Source of the DNA: a bacterium
GTDB taxonomy: Bacteria > Omnitrophota > Gorgyraeia > Zapsychrales > Zapsychraceae
Direction: 5' to 3'
DNA: 64,000 bases
Assembly (NCBI GenBank): GCA_030429765.1
Contig: JAUIER010000005.1
Span: 3,175 to 67,174 of the forward strand
Shown here: positions 1 through 7,417 of the stretch, piece by piece
How the letters are laid out: each line of letters starts with the position of its first letter
Position numbering within the stretch: position 1 is the first letter of the stretch
Made by a program: the position numbers and the translations under genes
Notes under the pieces: generated by a model
What the model was told of the DNA's origin: nothing
Seen by the model: only the letters and a program-made list of their open reading frames with translations
Databases searched by the model: none

Positions 1-232
1 TAATTGGACCCAAGAATGCGTATATAAATCCAAGGACCAAAGGCACCAACTCACGCACTGATCCCAACGATGTAGTCAATACGGCATAATCACTGGCACC
101 AAGTTTTTGAAGGTTACTTTCATTTTGAGTGGTTAGAAACCAACTCATAGAAATGCAAGCCAATAATGTCAGAACACCTCCCACGGCGACATAGATCCTC
201 AAAGAGCTTCTTAAGCAAAGATTATTGTTCAA
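1..232 (-). CDS. partial hypothetical membrane protein (runs off the window start)
   Basis: Manual translation from TTG at 232: MNNNLCLRSSLRIYVAVGGVLTLLACISMSWFLTT...VPLVLGFIYAFLGPI, open to the window edge, with two hydrophobic segments. Confidence 0.35.
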   Translation of the reverse strand, partial: MNNNLCLRSSLRIYVAVGGVLTLLACISMSWFLTTQNESNLQKLGASDYAVLTTSLGSVRELVPLVLGFIYAFLGPI

Positions 233-396
233 GTCTATAAATCCGGTAGAAAGGGGGTTGAAATGCCTTCATTATACCATCTCGCTACAAAAAATTCTCT
301 TTGTCATTTCTTGATGGGTCTCGGTGGGACATAGCGAGCAAATGGGGTAAATCTTCGGCCGCTATGATGTCTCGATACGACATCTTAATCTATACA

Positions 397-557
397 GGCG
401 TATTCTTGAAACAAAAAAATATCTCGTTGATGCATCATGATGACCATAAAGCTATTCCCGGTCGTTAAAATGTCTCGTTGATGCATCGGGATTTTTGCTG
501 GCGTATTCTTGAAACAAAAAAATATCTCGTTGAAGCATCGAGATATTTTTTCGTTTC
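397..557. repeat. cluster of palindromic/direct repeats downstream of the original tRNA-Met terminator
   Basis: GGCGTATTCTTGAAACAAAAAAATATCTCGTTGAWGCATC occurs at 397-436 and 500-539 (1 mismatch). A partial copy is at 467-496. The copy at 511-557 forms a 19-bp-arm hairpin with a TTGAAGCAT loop. Confidence 0.8.
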
Positions 558-558
558 C

Positions 559-595
559 ATAGAAAAGGACAATCCTGACGGATTGTCCTTTTCTA
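559..595 (-). terminator. intrinsic terminator, probably the pre-integration tRNA-Met terminator
   Basis: Inverted repeat ATAGAAAAGGACAATCC / GGATTGTCCTTTTCTAT directly abutting the att copy. Confidence 0.75.
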
Positions 596-641
596 TTGGT
601 TGCGGGGGCCAGATTTGAACTGACGACCTTCAGGTTATGAG
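596..641. repeat. att site (distal copy): 46-bp duplication of the tRNA-Met 3' half
   Basis: TTGGTTGCGGGGGCCAGATTTGAACTGACGACCTTCAGGTTATGAG is identical to 32346-32391. Confidence 0.97.
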
Positions 642-743
642 GCTAGGCTAAAACCTTTGCTTGTGTTAGCTGATTTTTATTAATGTTAAGCGTTGAAAGG
701 GTTTAAGAAAAAGTACGTTTGCTGGTGTTAGGTGTTCTTAGGC

Positions 744-780
744 TGTTATCGCACCTGTTTGTTACACATACGTTATCACA
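744..780. repeat. putative integrase arm-type binding sites (left end)
   Basis: TGTTACACATACGTTATCACA (760-780) matches 32261-32281 at 20/21 positions; an extra TGTTATCGCA half-site lies at 744-753. Confidence 0.7.
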
Positions 781-854
781 TATATAAATCTACTATTAGG
801 TATATCTGATAAACGATTTGGATATTTGATGACCTCCACGTTCAATTCACAATT

Positions 855-2333
855 TTATTGATCTCCCGTCACAATCGTCGGCGTCAGAAAGATAACGATC
901 TCTGAAACTCGGTCAAAATTGCGGGTATTACGAAATAGAACGCCCACGACCGGGATGTCGCCGATTACCGGCACCTGGCTGACCGCGTCGATCTGTTCTT
1001 CTTTGATCAAACCGCCAATCACAAGCGTGGTCTGATCTTTGACCATCACCTTGGTCTGGGCCTCGGATGTATCGACCACCGGAATGATATTATTGTTGCT
1101 GGTGACGAGATTACGGACCACTGAACTCACCTCCGGCCGGACGGACATGGTGATAAACCGATCTTTGTGAATGGTGGGTGTGACGTAGAGTTTGACGCCG
1201 ACATCGATAAACTTGACATCTTCGGCCGTGGTAGCCGGACCCGACGCGGTGGTGGTTGTTGTTGTGGTGACATACGGTTCCTGAGATCCAACGAGAATAC
1301 GCGCTTCCTCTCCATCGATTGCGGTTATGCTTGGACTCGATAATATCCGGCTGTCTCCGACGGTTTCCAGGGCCTCCAACAGAAACGAATAATCATCATC
1401 CTGCAACGTACCGATACTGATCGTTCCCTTCTTTTCATTGATCCCCAGAATATCAAAATCACCGCCCAGCGTCAGATTGTGCCGATCCCGGACAATTCCT
1501 TGCCAATCGACACCGAGCTTGTATTCATCATCAAGCGTCACCTGAACGATCTTGGCCTCAATCAAGACCTCCTGCTGCTGCGTATCAAAGGCCTTGATCA
1601 TGCGCTCGATCTCCTGCAGCTTCTGAAACGTGTCCGAGACAATCATACGCTTGGCCTTGCGGTTGAATCGAAGGGTTCCGACACCCGAAGTCAGCACCTG
1701 CTCAATATCCGCCGCCAGCGACTCGATATTGGCATACGACACATCAAACACCCGTGTCTGCAGCGCCACATCAATCTTGTCAATGACCTTAATCATCTGC
1801 TGGATCTTCAGCGGGGTATCGATCAGGATCAACGTCCGTGATTTTTCATCGGGAATGATCTGTCCTACCTCGCTCTTGATCATGGACAGCGTCGATTCCA
1901 GCTTCTTGGGCTCGGCAAAGGCGATATCAACCACCTGCGTCGCCATCACCGTTTCACCAAATTTCCGGCCGTAACGGATCTCATAATCCTTGTCCGTCAT
2001 CACTGTCATCAACCGCTCCGACTTATCGATCACCCATCCGTAGGTCTGAACGATGATATCCAGCGCTTCCAACGGTTCAATGTTCTTGAGATAAATGGAC
2101 ACCTTGCCGCGTACATTCGGTGATTTGACAATATTCACCCCCGACTCATTGGACAGGTATTTGAGGACATCACCGACCTCCATCTCCTTGAGGTCCAATA
2201 CATCAATAGTGACGGGAACGGTATCTACGGCAGAACGTGAACTCTGTGCCCATACCGCGGATGGCAAGAATGTTAGGCAAATCAAAATGATGAGAGGCTT
2301 CAAGGCTGTCATAACACAATTGAGGTTGTACAA
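855..2333 (-). CDS. secretin (GspD/PilQ family)
   Basis: Signal peptide, N0-like domain (LKEMEVGDVLKYLS...KVSIYLKNI), N3-type repeats, and secretin core motifs QVLIEAKIV-like, ILSSPSIT, VGVKLYVTP, TLVIGGLI, VPVIGDIPVVGVLFR, IVIFLTPTIV. Confidence 0.95.
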   Translation of the reverse strand: MYNLNCVMTALKPLIILICLTFLPSAVWAQSSRSAVDTVPVTIDVLDLKEMEVGDVLKYLSNESGVNIVKSPNVRGKVSIYLKNIEPLEALDIIVQTYGWVIDKSERLMTVMTDKDYEIRYGRKFGETVMATQVVDIAFAEPKKLESTLSMIKSEVGQIIPDEKSRTLILIDTPLKIQQMIKVIDKIDVALQTRVFDVSYANIESLAADIEQVLTSGVGTLRFNRKAKRMIVSDTFQKLQEIERMIKAFDTQQQEVLIEAKIVQVTLDDEYKLGVDWQGIVRDRHNLTLGGDFDILGINEKKGTISIGTLQDDDYSFLLEALETVGDSRILSSPSITAIDGEEARILVGSQEPYVTTTTTTTASGPATTAEDVKFIDVGVKLYVTPTIHKDRFITMSVRPEVSSVVRNLVTSNNNIIPVVDTSEAQTKVMVKDQTTLVIGGLIKEEQIDAVSQVPVIGDIPVVGVLFRNTRNFDRVSEIVIFLTPTIVTGDQ

Positions 2334-2339
2334 ATAAAT

Positions 2340-2981
2340 CTAGAGTTCCAGATCGACGAGTGTTTCGTTAAACTCAAACTGCACCCGGTCGGGATGAATC
2401 GCGAGCACTTTGGCGCCGTGAATCCCGTCGCCGGTCTTCAAAAAAAGCGTTTCATGCGTCGATAAATCTTTGACCACCGCCAGCGACGGCGACTTGATGA
2501 TAATCCCCGACAGCGTAATAAATTGATCTAGCGTCTTGACCGGTTCAGCGACTGCCTCGGACCGGTTAACCCGGCGCGCGTCCAGCTCATCGCGATAGTT
2601 TACAAAGATATTCCGGCGGCGAACCGGCTGTAAATACTCCGACACGTCCCGAACCGGTGATGATGCGACATCGAGTTGAGCGTCCGCGATCGATTGAGCC
2701 CGAATATCAAAATCACTCAATCGCTGCTGTTGCTGAAGGCTCAACCAGACAAACTGCACGCCGACACCGATCAACAGCATCAAAATCATCCAGCGAAGCG
2801 ACAGGTTCACACGCTTCATCCATTGCAGCAAACGGTTCCGTTGCCGCATCTGCTGCTGATCCTTCAGCATTTGATCATGCGAATAGTCCGTCGTGACGGC
2901 AGGAATCGTGATGCGGCTTTTCTGGATCATAACAGTTCTCCGACCTAGTCTTAGTCTAGAGAAGGTTGACAGACAAATCAA
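2340..2981 (-). CDS. GspC/PilP-like single-pass membrane protein (real start probably 2930)
   Basis: One TM helix, RRNIF motif, C-terminal HR-like domain LSGII...AVVKD...FLKTGDGI.GAKVLAIHPDRVQF; adjacent to the secretin. Confidence 0.75.
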   Translation of the reverse strand: MICLSTFSRLRLGRRTVMIQKSRITIPAVTTDYSHDQMLKDQQQMRQRNRLLQWMKRVNLSLRWMILMLLIGVGVQFVWLSLQQQQRLSDFDIRAQSIADAQLDVASSPVRDVSEYLQPVRRRNIFVNYRDELDARRVNRSEAVAEPVKTLDQFITLSGIIIKSPSLAVVKDLSTHETLFLKTGDGIHGAKVLAIHPDRVQFEFNETLVDLEL

Positions 2982-3057
2982 CTGATCTTATGTACTTTGG
3001 ATGGACAATCGTTTTGTAAGGCGTTGGGAATGAGAGATTTAAAACAGCGACACTTTT

Positions 3058-3837
3058 TTAGTCCAGCAATCGACCCACAACCGGAAATTCGATCACATAT
3101 TTGTCGCCATGGGGTGAAAGTTCCAGCAATTCCGTCAAATCGTAACCGGCGTAACCCTGTCCGTCACTGGGATCATGCTCGCCCCCGCGCCACAATCGGC
3201 TCTGAGTAACGTCATAAATAACACCATTAACCGCTACATACGCCGGACGGCCGTTCTTACCGTCGAACTCACGTAATTGACGCTCGGTTAAATCAATCGG
3301 CGTTTTGTACTCACGGTGAACCGGCTTCTTGAATTCTTTTTTAAGGTCCTTGGGTTTCTCGATGATTTCAGGTTCTTCAGATCCTTTGGCATAAATTACC
3401 TGACCACCGGCATTCCAGCTGGAGGCTCCGCCCTCAAGCACAAAGATGTTATCCAGACCCAGATCGGCCAGCAGATTACCCGAATACGGCGCGCGCCACG
3501 ACGAATGCGTGCAGTAAATCACCGCCGGTCGATCTAGCGGGATCTCCTCCCGCCGATTCTCCATTTCATAATACGGAATGTTGATCGCACTCGGAAGATG
3601 CCCAGCCTCAAACTCCTTGGGTTCACGCACATCCACAAACACAAATTCACGGTCATGTTTGATCCAATTACGGATGGTTTGTGAGTTAATGTATGGGGCT
3701 TTGGGAAGGGTCGAATTCTCTGCATACGAGACACTTGGTAACGTTATAAGTATAATTAAAGTTGCACATATTATTCGTATAAGTTCCATTGAACAAACTC
3801 CTATAGCTTTAGTTGTTCTTTGTTGATAGTAATGCAT
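3058..3837 (-). CDS. exported rhodanese fused to a cytochrome b5-like heme/steroid-binding domain (start probably 3789)
   Basis: Signal peptide; VDVREPKEFEAGHLPSAINIP and YCTHSSWRA (rhodanese active-site Cys); C-terminal LREFDGKNGRPAYVAVNGVIYDVT..W..GEH...AGYDLT......PHG. Confidence 0.85.
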   Translation of the reverse strand: MHYYQQRTTKAIGVCSMELIRIICATLIILITLPSVSYAENSTLPKAPYINSQTIRNWIKHDREFVFVDVREPKEFEAGHLPSAINIPYYEMENRREEIPLDRPAVIYCTHSSWRAPYSGNLLADLGLDNIFVLEGGASSWNAGGQVIYAKGSEEPEIIEKPKDLKKEFKKPVHREYKTPIDLTERQLREFDGKNGRPAYVAVNGVIYDVTQSRLWRGGEHDPSDGQGYAGYDLTELLELSPHGDKYVIEFPVVGRLLD

Positions 3838-4864
3838 GTAATTCTAAGACCATCTCTTTGGTAAAACGTTGCGCTCCCTTCTGATTGAGATGATGCCAGT
3901 CTTCAAAGTATTCAAAGCCATACGACCTTAGTAATCCTTCATCATATCGCACAAAAGAATTATCTCTTGCAATCTCGGCAATAAACTCTTTATATCGGTC
4001 ATTACTACCATCCGCCTCCCGATTAGCCATAATCTCCTCAAAGATTGGGGCATTAATGATGATCAGGGGCACGCTGTATTGCTTGGCCAAATCACAAGCC
4101 TTCTTGTACCAATACAGGCTTTCGTGGTCTGGATAGATAGGCCAATTGTAATACTTGTGCTCTCGTATCTCCTGCAATGACATCGGCACCGGACGCTCGG
4201 TCAAGTTGCCTCCGTTATAGCGTTGTAGCTGATCCTTCTGAATCGTCACCCGTGGGGTCTGATCTACTCCTCGTCCACGTAAGAAATCACTAATAGCAGC
4301 TCGATATAAAATCAGGGTAGAAATCCGTTCGCATTTGGCGGCAACCAAAGACAACGCTGTTTTAAAAGGAAAATTCTGGACGAGACTTCCTAAGGAATAC
4401 AGTTCAACAAGCATATGCGACGCATTCGAAATTTCAAACGAATTCTCGAGCGTCCACTCCCCCGTAGTGGCGATGGGAGTAATAGCCAAAATAATATACT
4501 TGGGCTTGTGATGATTTTTCAAATACCTATCCAAGAGCAGATAATAGGTGCGAATTCCATGATTGGGAATCGCAAAATTGTAAACGTCAAATTGATGCCC
4601 CGTCTGCTTGGCTATCTCATCGGACAAATACTTGGCGTCCAGCCGTAATATCTGGCTGTCACCCAGAATTATCGCATCATAATCCAGCTTAGAGCGGCTA
4701 TCCAAAAGCTCGCTTTTGTGTTTGACCAAGCCCATAGCCAATGTACGGAATTTGATTTGATTCGCGCGGACTAATCCTTCCATCAGTAAAAGGCCCACGA
4801 TGCAGACCAATAGTGCCTTGGGAACCGGTTTTCCAAATATAGACATTCTCGATGGCAATGGCAT
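3809..4864 (-). CDS. membrane-anchored SGNH-like hydrolase/acyltransferase (DUF1574/DltD-like)
   Basis: N-terminal TM helix, IILGDS block I, and C-terminal DWHHLNQKGA (DxxH). Confidence 0.7.
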   Translation of the reverse strand: MPLPSRMSIFGKPVPKALLVCIVGLLLMEGLVRANQIKFRTLAMGLVKHKSELLDSRSKLDYDAIILGDSQILRLDAKYLSDEIAKQTGHQFDVYNFAIPNHGIRTYYLLLDRYLKNHHKPKYIILAITPIATTGEWTLENSFEISNASHMLVELYSLGSLVQNFPFKTALSLVAAKCERISTLILYRAAISDFLRGRGVDQTPRVTIQKDQLQRYNGGNLTERPVPMSLQEIREHKYYNWPIYPDHESLYWYKKACDLAKQYSVPLIIINAPIFEEIMANREADGSNDRYKEFIAEIARDNSFVRYDEGLLRSYGFEYFEDWHHLNQKGAQRFTKEMVLELHALLSTKNN

Positions 4865-5092
4865 AGACCGTTATTTTACTAGAAAGCGCGGAGTATTTGT
4901 ATCCGTTTTTTGGTCTATTGACGAAAAGAGTATCCTCAGAAATACAAAAAATTCCCCTTCCATGCGGGGGAATCTCGAGGGGGATTGGATGAACGTCAAA
5001 CCAAAGACTGTTATATCTGTCGATTACTATAGGTCAAACCATCAAATTTAATGGGATAATGGGATAATTGGTGCTGATCCCGTTTTTTACTT

Positions 5093-5671
5093 TTAATATT
5101 CGAATTCTATCATAGGAATTTTTAGTTCCAATTCTTCAAAATCAGGAATGCTTCGTAAAAGATATGTGTTTGAACTGGAAGTAATTATAATATTCTTAGC
5201 TGGTTTCCTTATATTTGTACTGCTAAAAGGCATCCATCCATTGATTTGCTCCTGCTCTCTATGAAGCAAGAAAAGCTGATTCATTTTCTCATACCTCTTA
5301 GTATCAACATGGATACCAAAATTAGGCTTTAATGTTCCACTAATAGTCATAGTATGATGTCCATTTAGTGTTTCATTGATTTTATTGTCTGATCCCTCCA
5401 GACTCGCCAAACTTAATCGCCTCAAAATTATACCGTTGGCCTCTTTGAGACCTCCAATTTCCTTTAGTATATCCGATTGGCCACTACTAAATGCAATTAT
5501 CTGTTTTTCAATATGATCGACCTTACCAACTAAGTTCTTATAGTTTATGTCCAATTCAGTAAACTTGGACACAACATTTCCATACATTATTGTGCATCCA
5601 ACAATACCTCCCATAATAGTAAGTAACAAACTGATAACTACTACAGATGTGTTTATACCATCTAAATTCAT
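5093..5671 (-). CDS. hypothetical protein, N-terminal TM plus coiled coil
   Basis: 192-aa ORF with a hydrophobic N-terminus; AT-rich. Confidence 0.5.
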   Translation of the reverse strand: MNLDGINTSVVVISLLLTIMGGIVGCTIMYGNVVSKFTELDINYKNLVGKVDHIEKQIIAFSSGQSDILKEIGGLKEANGIILRRLSLASLEGSDNKINETLNGHHTMTISGTLKPNFGIHVDTKRYEKMNQLFLLHREQEQINGWMPFSSTNIRKPAKNIIITSSSNTYLLRSIPDFEELELKIPMIEFEY

Positions 5672-5856
5672 TGTTTGCCTTTCTGGATTCGCTCAAATAA
5701 GGACACAGTCATCCTTCTGTTAGTTGCAGTTAGATTAGCTTTGCGTACAATATTGGAAACTAGGTTAGTCGATTGCTCATATTTAAGTTGTTTTTCTTCC
5801 CTCCTATTACCATCACGATAAGTCCAGATCGTTTTTAATCGTAATATTCGATCCAA
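5668..5856 (-). CDS. small hypothetical protein
   Basis: 62-aa ORF filling the gap, with a 4-bp overlap with the downstream ORF. Confidence 0.3.
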   Translation of the reverse strand: MDRILRLKTIWTYRDGNRREEKQLKYEQSTNLVSNIVRKANLTATNRRMTVSLFERIQKGKQ

Positions 5857-5858
5857 TT

Positions 5859-6644
5859 TTATTGATAAAACTGAAATGATGTTAATATACCATTCTCAAA
5901 TCTCAAATATTTTGATTTTCTTGCAGGATCTCCATAAATCCACTGCTCTTGAGCATTATTGGAATATTTTCCTTTTTCAACTTCATCAGCTCGGCCTAAG
6001 CTTCTTGTAACATCTGACCTGGTCATTCCGTATAGAATTTCTCGATTCCTGATCGCTTCTTTAATTTGCTTCTCAAAGCTTCTCTTTTCGCTGTATAAAC
6101 TAGCCTTGTCATCACGTAGAGCAGATATTACAGACTTAATTTTAGTTCGTTGGTCGGAATCTAAATTCTTATCTAGTGCATACTGTAATTGTCTTTCAGC
6201 TTTGTCATAGAATGAAATTGCCTTCTTATATTTAGCAACCGACTTCACTCCTCCAGACAATATGATTTCTGCATCTGTAGTATATTGAAAAGCTTGTTTA
6301 ATTTTCTCTTCCCCCATTAGTTCAGAGGATTGTTTTGAAGATGCTACTTGCCGCATAGGAACTTCAGCTTTTTTTACCTTTACACCTAAACGCTTGATAA
6401 ATTTGCCACTACCCTTGGAGTCAAATTCTACATAATCGGCCCCAATTTCCGTTACGGTAAGCTCGCCTACTCGATCACCCACCCTAACTAGCTCATCATT
6501 AACAACAGCAACATATTCAGTTCCGCTCATAATTCCACTTATATTCAAACTTTCTGCCCAGCAGGCTGATGGAAAGTATCCGACAAAAGCTACTACTAAT
6601 AATATTACTATTTTTTTCACGATTATAGTACGATTAGCCTTCAA
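5859..6644 (-). CDS. exported protein: GspB/MshK-like N-domain, helical middle, BamE/DUF2845-like C-domain
   Basis: Signal peptide; LNISGIM...AVVNDELVRVGDRV...VTEIGADYV; C-terminal GMTRSDV..SLG......EQWIYG.....YLRFENGILTS. Confidence 0.65.
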   Translation of the reverse strand: MKANRTIIVKKIVILLVVAFVGYFPSACWAESLNISGIMSGTEYVAVVNDELVRVGDRVGELTVTEIGADYVEFDSKGSGKFIKRLGVKVKKAEVPMRQVASSKQSSELMGEEKIKQAFQYTTDAEIILSGGVKSVAKYKKAISFYDKAERQLQYALDKNLDSDQRTKIKSVISALRDDKASLYSEKRSFEKQIKEAIRNREILYGMTRSDVTRSLGRADEVEKGKYSNNAQEQWIYGDPARKSKYLRFENGILTSFQFYQ

Positions 6645-6858
6645 CCGCTGCAGTGATCGGAAAAAGGCCTGTCCGGAAGGACGAAAACGATCGAATGCCT
6701 TTCTCGATCGTTTCTTAATATTGATTATCCTGTTTCTGAAAAAGAAAATGAACAGCGGATTGATACTCTCGAAATTTATTTTTCGGAAACAGATGCGTTA
6801 ACTACTGCGCTGTCCCTTTTCAGGGACTGTCTCGTTCTCCCTTCTCGTCCCTATTTAT

Positions 6859-7386
6859 TCATTTATTGTAACTGTCTATACCTAATGCGTTAATATAATG
6901 AACTATTTCATGCCATTGAGCTAGGTTGCAATCACAGTATATTGGTCCGTCCGAAAAGGCCAAGTTTATTATTCGTTTGTATTTAAAAAATTCTATTGTA
7001 TAGTCTTTATCTAATGTAATACTGTCTTTAATAGTTTGAAAATCAACTTCCTTAGACTTTCCGTCAAACTTATTTTTACACACAATTTTTACCCTAGTGA
7101 CTCCATCATTCGATCTATCGAGTTCCGCTTTAGTTTTTACACCTAAATCTTTAACGTATTGAGTTATTTCAAGCCATTCCTCAAAAGTACAATTACAATA
7201 CATTTCTCCATGTGGAATATTTAGGTTTATTATTTTTTCATTCTCATATAACTCTATAGCATAGTTACCCTCAATATATATATTTTTCTTAATGGTATCA
7301 AAGTCAACCTCATTAGAAATTCCATCAAAATTTTTTTTATACACAACTACTAGCACTTTACCTCCCCATACAAACGAAATTATCAA
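6859..7386 (-). CDS. putative Rhs immunity protein with an internally duplicated domain (start probably GTG 7356)
   Basis: Immediately downstream of Rhs, AT-rich, two ~70-aa repeats; GGGGAGG RBS precedes GTG at 7356. Confidence 0.7.
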   Translation of the reverse strand: MIISFVWGGKVLVVVYKKNFDGISNEVDFDTIKKNIYIEGNYAIELYENEKIINLNIPHGEMYCNCTFEEWLEITQYVKDLGVKTKAELDRSNDGVTRVKIVCKNKFDGKSKEVDFQTIKDSITLDKDYTIEFFKYKRIINLAFSDGPIYCDCNLAQWHEIVHYINALGIDSYNK

Positions 7387-7417
7387 TCAGTTGTCGTAGC
7401 CCGGCAGAAATTGCTAA

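Noticed and set aside
397-557. Possible CRISPR array
   Set aside because: Only two full 40-bp copies and one partial copy, irregular spacing, and no cas genes in the window
596-641. Second tRNA-Met gene
   Set aside because: Only the anticodon loop to CCA is present and the sequence diverges at 642, so it is the att duplication
6645-6858. Possible gene fragment between the immunity gene and the GspB-like gene
   Set aside because: Short open frames with no start/RBS or recognisable motif
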